Position numbers and translations under genes: made by a program. 35,186 nucleotides of DNA, taken from a virus. Lineage: Duplodnaviria > Caudoviricetes. The notes under the pieces were generated by a model. The model did not search any database. It had not been told where the DNA came from and worked only from the letters and a program-made list of their open reading frames with translations. The stretch covers positions 1 through 35,186 of the IMG/VR virus record IMGVR_UViG_3300025502_000078; one strand, given 5' to 3'. Of this stretch, positions 16,417-26,020 are shown in pieces (positions within the stretch are counted from its first letter, which is position 1; each line of letters begins with the position of its first letter).

Positions 16417-17400
16417 ATGAAAATGTTCAAATTATCAATCCATGACGAGCAATTGTTGAATACAACTCAGTTAATTGAATTCTTAGAGGCTAATTTAGAA
16501 GAAATTGTTCTGATAGTTACCGACGAGGGTCCTAGTATGTTTCATTGTAATGTTATTAAAATATTAGATGCACACGTTAAGAAACATAACCGCGACCCGT
16601 ACACGATCAGGATACTGTCGGAAAATGTATTAGAAAATACCAACTTGTACACTAATATTAATAAGTGGCGAGACCTTAATCATTTTTGGTCTGATGGTGC
16701 TCGGAAATATAAACAATCTAAAATAACTCCCATTGCCCTAAACAGCCATAATCGACTAGGATGTTTTATTGGTAGAAAAAACATTCCACGACTAAGCATA
16801 CTATATTGGTTACGAGATCAGGATTGTTTATTAAGCTCGCAAGATTATCCTTCATACGACTATGATATCTTAGATAAAACAGCATACGACCAATGGGTAA
16901 CTGATGCAGAAAATTTTGATGATTGGTGTAAAAATATTGACATTACCAGTATAGATGGGGTAGAACTGCTTGATCAATATGTTATTAAAGATTGGTCTGA
17001 GGGGGGAGAATATCTAACTCCACAATTTAACCTTTTAAATTACTATAGAAACTTCGACATTGAGATAGTAGTTGAAACCTGGACGATGGGCACTACATTT
17101 TTTGCTACAGAAAAAACTACTCGACCGTTGCTTGGTCGTAAACCTATGATAGTGTATGGACCAAAAGATTATCTGCATAACTTAAGACAGCTAGGATTTA
17201 AAACGTGGAGCTCGTGTTGGGACGAAACATATGATCACTATACAGGGCCCCGTCGTTGGCAAGCAATGCAAGAAACTATCAACAACATTCTGTCACTGCC
17301 TGGTGATGAATATCAAACTGTGGTCGAGCAAGCTCACACAATCAGCCTTTATAACAAACAATTTTATCTAGAAACACTAGTCAACAAAACCCCCACATAG
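16417..17400 (+). CDS. Glycosyltransferase-like protein (paralog of 9194..10213)
   Basis: FIGRKNIPR...IVVET...TEKTTRPLLGRKPMIVYG...LRQLGFKTW...DETYD. Confidence 0.5.
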   Translation: MKMFKLSIHDEQLLNTTQLIEFLEANLEEIVLIVTDEGPSMFHCNVIKILDAHVKKHNRDPYTIRILSENVLENTNLYTNINKWRDLNHFWSDGARKYKQSKITPIALNSHNRLGCFIGRKNIPRLSILYWLRDQDCLLSSQDYPSYDYDILDKTAYDQWVTDAENFDDWCKNIDITSIDGVELLDQYVIKDWSEGGEYLTPQFNLLNYYRNFDIEIVVETWTMGTTFFATEKTTRPLLGRKPMIVYGPKDYLHNLRQLGFKTWSSCWDETYDHYTGPRRWQAMQETINNILSLPGDEYQTVVEQAHTISLYNKQFYLETLVNKTPT

Positions 17401-17414
17401 TGTGGGGTTGTTGA
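17381..17414. terminator. Hairpin between convergent genes, probable terminator
   Basis: CCCCACA-TAG-TGTGGGG with flanking TCAAC/GTTGA. Confidence 0.7.
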
Positions 17415-17431
17415 GATATTACTTTATTTAA

Positions 17432-18073
17432 TTATACTATGCCGACGTGCGTATCAGGAGTATGATTCCATGTACACGTAAATACGTCACTATCTTCAAG
17501 AATTGGCCATGCTCTAGGGTTATAAGTATCATCATCCCAATTCACTAATGCTACACTATTAATTTGTCCATTTACCCTAACGTCATTGGATACAACATAC
17601 ACAGTTGCATCTCTGTGCAAATTGGCTGAATTAATTGTGTCATTTTGTGCATCAGATGGGTTTGTAACTGATCCAGCTACTAAGGCATTGTAAAGATCTG
17701 TGCCTAATGCTGTTTCACCTAACTCTGTTGCAAGGTGTGTTTGCGCCGCTGTTGAAACAGCAGTTATATCTGGTATGTTTGAATCAAACCAGGTCTTAGC
17801 TACGATGTGAGTTTCTGCTAGATTATATTCTGTTTTTCCTAAGCAAAGTTCACCACCTGTTGCAGTAAGTGAGTATGCTAGGTTACCTGTTGTTGCTTCA
17901 TCTAATGTGAATGAAAACAAGTGATTGTTTGTGTCAGGTTGTCCAGATCTGACTGTTGTTGAATCGCTTACTGTGCCGTTAAATACCTCAACGCCACCCA
18001 CGGATAACACAGCGGTTACATCACCTGATGATGCGTATGCTTGCCCGTATACTTTAAATGTTCTGTTAGCCAT
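17432..18073 (-). CDS. Probable virion structural protein
   Basis: Acidic, Thr/Ala/Gly-rich 213 aa; GGAG SD; TAAATA at 18101-18106. Confidence 0.55.
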   Translation of the reverse strand: MANRTFKVYGQAYASSGDVTAVLSVGGVEVFNGTVSDSTTVRSGQPDTNNHLFSFTLDEATTGNLAYSLTATGGELCLGKTEYNLAETHIVAKTWFDSNIPDITAVSTAAQTHLATELGETALGTDLYNALVAGSVTNPSDAQNDTINSANLHRDATVYVVSNDVRVNGQINSVALVNWDDDTYNPRAWPILEDSDVFTCTWNHTPDTHVGIV

Positions 18074-18099
18074 GTGCTATGTTCTCCAATATGTTAACA

Positions 18100-18843
18100 T
18101 TATTTATCCAGATGCCAATGGCGTAGGACTTCTTCGTCATTGATTTCATGCGGATTAGGTACTCCGTGAAATACAACTATACTTAAATCTTTAAAAATAT
18201 GACTTCGGTCTTTGCCTCTGTTCGGGTATGATCTGTAAATAAAATCCATTCCGCCGTCCATTACTTCCCATCTATAACTTTTTACATGAGTTTGATCTAA
18301 CCAACGCTTTTTACTTTCTGGGACCTCTGCATCTACAAAGTCTTGATCACCATTGTATTGTGTCATTATTGCATGATGATTACGTTTGAACTTTTTCCAT
18401 AAATCAGAGAATTCATCAGTGTTGAATACCATTACGCTACTATTTATTGTCCATTTATTTTTTTTCCATAGATAGCGAAAGTCTCTCACTGCCCAAAACT
18501 GCTCGTTGCCTAACCTAAGCATCCAGTCTAAATTACCTGTTAGTATAATATCTAAATCAAAATAGAATAACCTACCTTGAAAGTCTTTATGTCTAAATAA
18601 TTGCGTTTTGTACCACCAGGATTTTTTGGGTCCGGTAACACCTAGATCTTTGAGTGCATGTTTATGCCAGTGCTTAGGTACTTCTCTAGCTTTTTCTGTC
18701 CATATGTGAAAACGTATAGGACAACTAAAGTTCCTACGTAGTCCTGCTTCTAATTTCTTAGCATAGTCTAAGGTATAGTATGCACCGTGTAATACACACC
18801 CACAGTCTATACCATTTTTCATATAGTCATCTACCTGTTTCAT
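18100..18843 (-). CDS. GT-A fold glycosyltransferase (GT8-like)
   Basis: YFDLDIIL (DxD), INSSVM, GDQDF, VFHGVPNPH. Confidence 0.8.
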   Translation of the reverse strand: MKQVDDYMKNGIDCGCVLHGAYYTLDYAKKLEAGLRRNFSCPIRFHIWTEKAREVPKHWHKHALKDLGVTGPKKSWWYKTQLFRHKDFQGRLFYFDLDIILTGNLDWMLRLGNEQFWAVRDFRYLWKKNKWTINSSVMVFNTDEFSDLWKKFKRNHHAIMTQYNGDQDFVDAEVPESKKRWLDQTHVKSYRWEVMDGGMDFIYRSYPNRGKDRSHIFKDLSIVVFHGVPNPHEINDEEVLRHWHLDK

Positions 18844-19667
18844 AATGCTGATTCCAATCTAGTGTACCACATACCGTCCTGTATTTCTTCTATAAAATAT
18901 TCAGTGTGTACCATTTCTGTAAGCCATTGTCTAGTAGCTCTATTTTTCAGCTTCTTTAGCCTGTCTATTCTATTACTAACTGGGTAGGCTAAACTATATG
19001 CACTTGTTATCACTGGTGTACCTTGTATTGCGGCCTGTATTCCAGGTCCACTTGAATAGTTAACAACGCAATAGTAATTAGCATCAAAGTTAAAATCATC
19101 GTAGGTGTTAGCTATCTTGTGAGGTTGTTCACTATACATGGACAACGGTGATCTAGGATGACTGCGAACAACAATAGCTCTATCAGTTTGGTCTTGAATA
19201 ATTTTAACCTGTCTCTGTATCCAGTCTTCTTGACTGACTAGATGATGTAGTTGATGACTTTTGTGGTGTTGTCCCGCTATTAGTATTTTTCCATTGTTAC
19301 GGTTACGCATGCCCTCACTCCACAACTCATAACCAAATAATTTAAGTCTGTCATCTGACAAATTGTCAAGATGTCCGTGGTGACCTTCTGTTGTGATATT
19401 ATTAACAGATATTTTCCAGGTAATATTACGCTTAAGAGCACCTACTTCAATTATTATTACAGGTTTGTTCTGACTTCTAAAGTGTTCGTATATTTCTTTG
19501 TTAGGTTCCATACGCCCAGCCCAGAGGCAACTCCATATTACAGCAACATCTGCTGTCATATCATTTTCTACTAAGGTATAATGTTTGCGTGCACCTTCTA
19601 AGAATGCGGCCAGAATTGGCTTACTGTTTAGTGAGGCATGTGCAGAAAAATAGGTCAGTGTTTTCAT
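18840..19667 (-). CDS. Capsule-synthesis (KpsS/KpsC-like) GT-B family protein
   Basis: ILIAGQ, VVRSHP, VNYSSG..IQAAIQGTPV. Confidence 0.55.
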   Translation of the reverse strand: MKTLTYFSAHASLNSKPILAAFLEGARKHYTLVENDMTADVAVIWSCLWAGRMEPNKEIYEHFRSQNKPVIIIEVGALKRNITWKISVNNITTEGHHGHLDNLSDDRLKLFGYELWSEGMRNRNNGKILIAGQHHKSHQLHHLVSQEDWIQRQVKIIQDQTDRAIVVRSHPRSPLSMYSEQPHKIANTYDDFNFDANYYCVVNYSSGPGIQAAIQGTPVITSAYSLAYPVSNRIDRLKKLKNRATRQWLTEMVHTEYFIEEIQDGMWYTRLESAL

Positions 19668-19726
19668 TGAATAAATATATGCTAATATAACAATATGTAT
19701 CCATTTTTAAAGACAAGGTGTAAAAA

Positions 19727-20542
19727 ATGAAATATACCCTAATTACTACATTTCATCAGGAAGGTATGGAACAGTATGGTCAAAGGATGATAGACACCTT
19801 TGAAAAATATTGGCCAGAGCAAATTAATCTTGTTGTGTATGCAGAAAATTGTACACCAATAACTACTAAATCAAATGTATCAGTCGTTAACTTACTTGCA
19901 ACAAGTAAAGAATGTAGAGACTTTGTTAACCGACATAAAAATAATCCTAAAGCACACGGTAAAGATACAACGCAGGATCCTCGTAAACAATTTAAATGGG
20001 ACGCTGTTCGTTTTTGTTATAAAGTATTTGCTACAGGACTAGCACTAAACACTATTATGGATACTGATTGGCTAGTTTGGTGCGATGCTGACACACTTAC
20101 ACATACCCCTGTCCCTGTAGAGTTTATGGGATCAATATCGCCATTTGGAAAAATGATTACCTATCTAGGAAGAGGTGATAGATATCATCCTGAATGTGGG
20201 TGGGTGGGTTATAATCTAAGACACCCTAATACAAAAATGTTTATTAGAGAATTTGTCAAACAGTATGAAGATGATCTATTGTTTGAGTTAGATGAGTACC
20301 ATGACAGTTATGTATGGAGTACTATTTGGAAACGATATAGAGAAAATCCAGACAACGAATTTTATAATTTAAACCCTACTGACAATAAAGGCTTTGCTGG
20401 TCATCCATTTATTAACAGTGCTCTTGGAAAATACCTAGATCATGTTAAAGGTAAACGTAAAAACGAAGGACATAGTTGGGGTAGAGATCAAGGAACACAC
20501 ACTGATCACCCTTATTGGTCTTCCTTAAAGGAAAGATCTTAA
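19727..20542 (+). CDS. GT-A fold nucleotide-diphospho-sugar transferase
   Basis: RFCYKVFA, WLVWCDADT (DxD), ECGW, HDSYV, DHVKG; TAAATA at 19672-19677 upstream. Confidence 0.7.
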   Translation: MKYTLITTFHQEGMEQYGQRMIDTFEKYWPEQINLVVYAENCTPITTKSNVSVVNLLATSKECRDFVNRHKNNPKAHGKDTTQDPRKQFKWDAVRFCYKVFATGLALNTIMDTDWLVWCDADTLTHTPVPVEFMGSISPFGKMITYLGRGDRYHPECGWVGYNLRHPNTKMFIREFVKQYEDDLLFELDEYHDSYVWSTIWKRYRENPDNEFYNLNPTDNKGFAGHPFINSALGKYLDHVKGKRKNEGHSWGRDQGTHTDHPYWSSLKERS

Positions 20543-21189
20543 TGTATCAAAAACACGGGTGGTGGTTTCCAGACTCTGACACCCATTTTAATAAAATGTT
20601 AACTAAAAATGTTGAAAAAGGTGGGGGTCCGGTGTACCAGGAACCCGTTAGAAAGCGATCATTTCAATTCGTACAACACAAAGGTCTAGCGTTGGACATA
20701 GGTGCCAATGTAGGCTTATGGTCAAGTGATATGGCTAACCAGTTCGACCGTGTTATCGCATTCGAACCAGTAGCAGACTTTCGTGCATGTTATGAGAAAA
20801 ATGTTAACATGGACAAGGTTGATTTAAGAACATGTGCATTAGGAAACGAAACAACAAAAATTGACATGATCATTACTCCTGTCAACACCGGCCACAGTCA
20901 TGTAGATACTAATACAATGGGTAACGGAACTATAGATATGTTTAAGTTAGATGATCTTAATCTTCCTAATTTTGATTACTGTAAAATAGATTGTGAGGGG
21001 TACGAAGAAAATATTCTATTAGGCGGTCAAGAGACTTTTAATAAATGCAAACCTGTTGTAGTAATTGAAGAAAAAGGTCACACAGACGTGGGATTTAAAA
21101 CTGGAAATGAAGCAACACGTCTTTTAAAAAGTTGGGGATTTCGAGAACTTGCCCGTGTACGTAACGATATTATATTTGGACGAAACTAA
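20542..21189 (+). CDS. FkbM-family SAM methyltransferase
   Basis: LDIGANVG, AFEP, LDDL, KIDCEGYE..IL.G; start revised to ATG 20542 (TAATG coupling). Confidence 0.88.
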   Translation: MYQKHGWWFPDSDTHFNKMLTKNVEKGGGPVYQEPVRKRSFQFVQHKGLALDIGANVGLWSSDMANQFDRVIAFEPVADFRACYEKNVNMDKVDLRTCALGNETTKIDMIITPVNTGHSHVDTNTMGNGTIDMFKLDDLNLPNFDYCKIDCEGYEENILLGGQETFNKCKPVVVIEEKGHTDVGFKTGNEATRLLKSWGFRELARVRNDIIFGRN

Positions 21190-22094
21190 AGATATTTTTT
21201 AAAGTGTTCCCACACTAGTCCTTGCTTTATTTCAGCATCACTCCAATGGCAGGCTGACAAATTATATAACCACTGCGATCTTTCAGGATAGTCTGGAGTC
21301 ATTATATTGTCAATGTTATGATTTGCTACTTCCCAAGTTACAGCATCTTCGTCTGCTACAAATACAGGAACACCAGCTAAGATACTAGCAACAGAGCTCG
21401 ACGAATTATAAAACACGCTAGCATGTGCACCTTCGAGATCTTGCTGTAGTGATCCACCTTTTACACTTTCATATACGTTTACTTGTTGTAAGTACTGTGT
21501 GATATCACACTTGCGTTTGGGATGGGGTCTAATTAAAATAGGCATCGGTGTGTGTTTTCTAATCGAAGCAATTGAATTTGCCAACCATTGATCTAAGTCA
21601 GCACCCTTCATATTCCAACCACCGTCACGTTGTAAGCAAATTAAAATATGACTACCAGTGCCGTTTTCTCTCCACGGTTTGATTCCAGGCATGCGTAGAT
21701 CATGTCTAATTTGATTCCATTTAATATTATTACTTCCAGCATTGGCGTATTCGTGCTCATTGTAATAAACACCATCTAGACTATAACGAACATACTGACT
21801 ATCAGGATCTGCAAACTTAAAACAACTGCCATCTATAGGCATGCAGTGATGTCCGTTTTCTCGGGCCCATTCTATTACTGCCTTGCGTAAATGTATATGT
21901 GGTCCTGAGAATGTTTGTCCTACCCAGCCAATAAACACTCCTAGTCGTGCAGGAACAACTTCGCAATTAGTCTGTACAAACACATTAGCACCTACCTTAG
22001 TACACCCTTCACTGAATGCTTTTAATATTTGTGCTTTGCGGTCATGGTCTGCTATTCTTGGCAAACTTGAGAGATACACAACTACATCATACAT
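21186..22094 (-). CDS. Capsule-synthesis (KpsS/KpsC-like) GT-B family protein
   Basis: ILICLQ, LIRPHP, YNSSSSVASILAGVPV, WLYNL...HW. Confidence 0.55.
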   Translation of the reverse strand: MYDVVVYLSSLPRIADHDRKAQILKAFSEGCTKVGANVFVQTNCEVVPARLGVFIGWVGQTFSGPHIHLRKAVIEWARENGHHCMPIDGSCFKFADPDSQYVRYSLDGVYYNEHEYANAGSNNIKWNQIRHDLRMPGIKPWRENGTGSHILICLQRDGGWNMKGADLDQWLANSIASIRKHTPMPILIRPHPKRKCDITQYLQQVNVYESVKGGSLQQDLEGAHASVFYNSSSSVASILAGVPVFVADEDAVTWEVANHNIDNIMTPDYPERSQWLYNLSACHWSDAEIKQGLVWEHFKKYL

Positions 22095-23259
22095 GCCATG
22101 TCTCCAATATTTTTTTAGCAGTTCCGTTTACTAACTCGTCGGTTGTAAATTGACTGTAACTTAAATAGCATAGCCATTGACTTATATCATCTCTGTACAG
22201 GTTGTTGATCTTATCTAAACTGCTTCTACTCACAGGATTTGTTATATGTTTACCTAAGGTGATCACCGGAACACCTGCCCATATTGACTCAGTAAGAGCA
22301 TTTGAATTATATCCAACCACACAATAAATCGATTGGTCTGCAAGTAAGTCTCTATACAAGCTAGTGCGAGTTTTTCTATTGCCAATCTTTTCTCTTACAA
22401 CAATCTTTTTATCAGTAAGTGTTCTTAATTTTTTCTCTTGCTCGACTATCCATTTTGTTTGATTTAATCCGTACACAGTACAAATATTCAGACTAGGAGG
22501 TATTATTAATATTGTGTCTCCGCCTGCTCTCCAGTAACGTGGGAATCGAAATCCGTCCAGCCTATTTCGATTATCTAAAATTATTTTTAACAGTCGATCC
22601 ATCGGAAAGGTATGTTTAGGTAAGTCAGCATGAATATCGTTACGACATAGTCTATGCCATTCTTTACTTTCGCTATCTCTAATAAAGTTAGTATATCCAG
22701 AGTCTATAAACCACAGTGGAAAATTGTTTGATATTTTATTCTGTAACAGATCTTCATTGTTTAAAATATTCCTAATTAAACAGTCTTGTTCTGGGTAACT
22801 ATAAGTTACTGTACTACGAAATTTACTTTTTTCAAATATGCCAGCTGACAATTTCTTCATATAACTGTCCGATGCACTTTCTAGATATTGGTTTAATATT
22901 AATCTCTTACCTTTCTGCACATTACCATTACCGTACGCACTACATATTCTATCTATATTATCTAAAATAAATCCGGCTAGTTTTCTTCGCTTGTATTTCC
23001 ATATTGTGCGTGTTTCTTGTTTTATTTTCTTACGCCATACATCTATGTCTGCATCAACAGCTTTGTTGATCCTCTTAATGCTGTCTGAATAAACTGGTTT
23101 GACTCCATTATAGTGTTGAGTATATACTTTATTGCAGAAATGCCAATTTGGACCGTTACTGTATGTCTTGACAATTAATAAACTTGCTATGTAATCAGAT
23201 AACTCGTCATCATTAATAATAGTGTAATTAGCCATTGAGTATGCTCCACGCATAACCAT
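22087..23259 (-). CDS. Capsule-synthesis-like GT-B family protein with N-terminal extension
   Basis: IDSGY, WHR, ILIIPPS, YNSNALTESIWAGVPV, WLCYLSYSQF; true start may be the ATG at 23235. Confidence 0.55.
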   Translation of the reverse strand: MVMRGAYSMANYTIINDDELSDYIASLLIVKTYSNGPNWHFCNKVYTQHYNGVKPVYSDSIKRINKAVDADIDVWRKKIKQETRTIWKYKRRKLAGFILDNIDRICSAYGNGNVQKGKRLILNQYLESASDSYMKKLSAGIFEKSKFRSTVTYSYPEQDCLIRNILNNEDLLQNKISNNFPLWFIDSGYTNFIRDSESKEWHRLCRNDIHADLPKHTFPMDRLLKIILDNRNRLDGFRFPRYWRAGGDTILIIPPSLNICTVYGLNQTKWIVEQEKKLRTLTDKKIVVREKIGNRKTRTSLYRDLLADQSIYCVVGYNSNALTESIWAGVPVITLGKHITNPVSRSSLDKINNLYRDDISQWLCYLSYSQFTTDELVNGTAKKILETWHV

Positions 23260-24091
23260 TTGCCATTTCTTCTGTGGTAAATTGACTATAACTTAAATGT
23301 CTCATCCAGGCCTCTCGTTCATCATTAGAAGGTATGTACGGATTTTCTATTTTAGCAAGATCGTTGTAACAAAGATGCTGGGCGGCATTTGGGCCCAATG
23401 TAATTGCTGGTTTTCCGTGCATCAATGCTTCAACAGCGGCAACTGAATTATATGTAACCAAGCAATGACATTCTTTAAGGTCTTGTTCCATTGTATTAGT
23501 TTTTAATCGTTCGTCTCTTGGTCTCTTTAATCTAATCCTAATAGGTCGGTCGGTGTACTTTTTAATTTCTGCTACTGTTTGTGCTATCCAGTTATCTTGA
23601 TCTATATCCCATAGTTTGAAACTTTTTACGCTAGGTGGAGCAAGTAATATACTGCGTCCAGGAGCAAATGGTTTAGTATTAATTCCAAATGTAACTTTTT
23701 GTGGCTCTTTTTTAAAGACCCAATCCATGTACTCTGAAATTTGTTCTAATCTATCTCTAGGTCTTTCAATTATCGGGCGGATGTCGTGTACATGATTTTG
23801 TATTACACGGTGCCAATTCTTATTATTTTCTATATGCCCTAGATAGCAGTTGTCAATGTAAAAGAATTTAGTATTATGATTCCAACAATGATCAACAGCT
23901 TTAACACTACGAGCACCGTAGAGTACTACTGTATTGTCATGATATGATTGTGCTTCATCCCAACTTAAAGTTACACCGTTAACACCTTTGGCAAAATTGT
24001 ATATAGGTGTTCTTGTTTCTCGATGTGGATGCTTTAGAGGATCGTCTATCTTCTTCCTATTAACACAAAGAATATCACTTGCGTTTATCAT
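23228..24091 (-). CDS. Capsule-synthesis-like GT-B family protein
   Basis: IDNCY, WHR, ILLAPPS, YNSVAAVEALMHGKP, WMRHLSYSQF. Confidence 0.55.
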   Translation of the reverse strand: MINASDILCVNRKKIDDPLKHPHRETRTPIYNFAKGVNGVTLSWDEAQSYHDNTVVLYGARSVKAVDHCWNHNTKFFYIDNCYLGHIENNKNWHRVIQNHVHDIRPIIERPRDRLEQISEYMDWVFKKEPQKVTFGINTKPFAPGRSILLAPPSVKSFKLWDIDQDNWIAQTVAEIKKYTDRPIRIRLKRPRDERLKTNTMEQDLKECHCLVTYNSVAAVEALMHGKPAITLGPNAAQHLCYNDLAKIENPYIPSNDEREAWMRHLSYSQFTTEEMANGYAWSILNG

Positions 24092-24785
24092 TTAACAGAT
24101 CAATCCTTTGTTGACAGTATTCTGTAAATAGTTTTTCTTGGTGCCACTCATTTGCCATATTGGTGTCAGCAAACTCATGGAAACAAGGTGCTCCTAAAGT
24201 ATAGTGAAGAAGTTTAGCATCTGGATTTATACCATATTCATCTGGTAACCAGTTCCATTCTCTAGGCAGTTCTGCTATACGATCATCGTTAAGCCAGGTA
24301 AATCTATGTAGTTGAGCACCAGTAGAATTTTCAATAAATTCCGGAGTTACTTTTTTATTTGGGAGTGTAGCACAGTTCCATAGTATAACTGATGACCAGT
24401 TCTTACGTGGATAGTCTTCATTCTTTGTACCTAAGTACTTCTCTTTCATTTTAGTCTTGTAATCATGCTTAACTACAGCAACATCAAATTCTGGCAAACT
24501 ATCCTTAAGGTTCCATAGTTTTTTGATATCATCTTTAACTACCATGTCACCATCTATATAGATAGCATGCCCAGTATATCCGGTAAGGTAAGGAACTAAG
24601 AATCTTGAGTAAATGAAATTATTACTGCCATCTGAATGCTTCTCTTCGTAGCCACCCAACAGGTTTAGTGCCAATGGGTGAAAGCTCACCGGTACTGTTG
24701 CATGTCTTATTATTGAGTTTACACAAGTATGATATGCTACTGCTTCTCTGGGATCGTAGCCAATAAAAATAGGTATAGTTTCCAT
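24075..24785 (-). CDS. GT-A fold glycosyltransferase (GT8-related)
   Basis: IFIGYDPRE, SRFLVP, YIDGDM, RKNWSSV, WNWL, LHYTLGAP; TAAATA at 24791-24796. Confidence 0.82.
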   Translation of the reverse strand: METIPIFIGYDPREAVAYHTCVNSIIRHATVPVSFHPLALNLLGGYEEKHSDGSNNFIYSRFLVPYLTGYTGHAIYIDGDMVVKDDIKKLWNLKDSLPEFDVAVVKHDYKTKMKEKYLGTKNEDYPRKNWSSVILWNCATLPNKKVTPEFIENSTGAQLHRFTWLNDDRIAELPREWNWLPDEYGINPDAKLLHYTLGAPCFHEFADTNMANEWHQEKLFTEYCQQRIDLLNDKRK

Positions 24786-24809
24786 ACGACTATTTATCTG
24801 GGTAGTTTA

Positions 24810-25568
24810 CTAGTGTGTTTTATATGAGTCTATGTGTCCATTGAACCAGGGTAGGACAAGATCTTGCTGTTTAACACATCCCCAACGATTAATACTGTCT
24901 ACAGCTGAGTCTGGTAGTAAATCTAGTTCAGCAAGATCCCTCCAGGAAGTGGTTCTAGGGTTCATTGGTTTTACCTTGCCTTTATAGACCACAGCTTTAA
25001 TCCAAGGATCTCGTAGACCCTTAGTAAACATTCCACTTTTGCAATCCCAACCGTTAACTGCAAGCATGTAGATTAAATTAACTAATGTGTAATGATAGTA
25101 CTCACTGCTCGGAATTGAAATATCATGCTTGTTATATTTGATATTTGTAGTTTGGGGTATTTGTAAAATTAGCATACCATTAGGATTAGCTAACTTCCAC
25201 CAATGTTTTAATGTAGTCACAGGACTTATACATTGTTGAAATGAGTTATGACTGGTTATAACATCATATCTTTCTGGCAATATATCTGTATTTTCCATAT
25301 CAGCTTTGATATGAGTTAAATTTTTATGACTAACACCAAGTTTGTCAATTGTGTCAATAACAAAACTTTTAATGTTTAATGGTTGAGGTCGGCCAGTTGT
25401 ATCAACTTCGGGGTCTGTTTCTCTAGTAGCCCACCATTCTGCATCTAGGCCTGGGCCTCCACCCATATCAGCAACAGTACCAACAGATATCATAAACTCA
25501 TAAAAGGACTCAATAACATCTAATACTTCACGTGAGTGGGTGTGACTTTCTTGTGGTGACCCAAACAT
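24810..25568 (-). CDS. Class I SAM-dependent methyltransferase
   Basis: VADMGGGPG, YDVITSH, L...NPNGMLILQIP. Confidence 0.75.
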   Translation of the reverse strand: MFGSPQESHTHSREVLDVIESFYEFMISVGTVADMGGGPGLDAEWWATRETDPEVDTTGRPQPLNIKSFVIDTIDKLGVSHKNLTHIKADMENTDILPERYDVITSHNSFQQCISPVTTLKHWWKLANPNGMLILQIPQTTNIKYNKHDISIPSSEYYHYTLVNLIYMLAVNGWDCKSGMFTKGLRDPWIKAVVYKGKVKPMNPRTTSWRDLAELDLLPDSAVDSINRWGCVKQQDLVLPWFNGHIDSYKTH

Positions 25569-26020
25569 TATAGTTGTATGTCTTCCATGCCACTTGCTCT
25601 CAATCTAACTACATGACCTAACATAAAGTTTTTGCTTTCAAGACCTTTCATTATACCTAACCATTGGTTCCTAAGTAAAGCGATATCATTAATTAGTGTT
25701 TCATATTCAATGACTTCATCTTCTCCATCTACATATTTTTCAGCATCACGACTTGTTAATGCTCGTTGATATGCTTCTAGATATTTTTGAAAGTGCTTAC
25801 GCCGAATCTTACGTAATTGTATGTTTAAGAAATTTAATACTGCTTCTATTTCTTGTAGCTGATGGAAACGATGTTCAGTAATACCTGGCAAGTCTGCTAT
25901 GTTACGTTCTACATATCCATAGATACTAACATCTTTTTTAGCACCTAGTAATTCATTTCGATAGTGCATTAGGAAGTCTGGTAAGTTACTAATATTTTCA
26001 ACTACCTTATTGTACCACAT
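25568..26020 (-). CDS. uvsY: Recombination mediator UvsY
   Basis: Helical 150 aa, RALTSRDAEKYVDGEDEV...K.F.L...V.LR..G; near uvsX. Confidence 0.8.
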   Translation of the reverse strand: MWYNKVVENISNLPDFLMHYRNELLGAKKDVSIYGYVERNIADLPGITEHRFHQLQEIEAVLNFLNIQLRKIRRKHFQKYLEAYQRALTSRDAEKYVDGEDEVIEYETLINDIALLRNQWLGIMKGLESKNFMLGHVVRLRASGMEDIQL

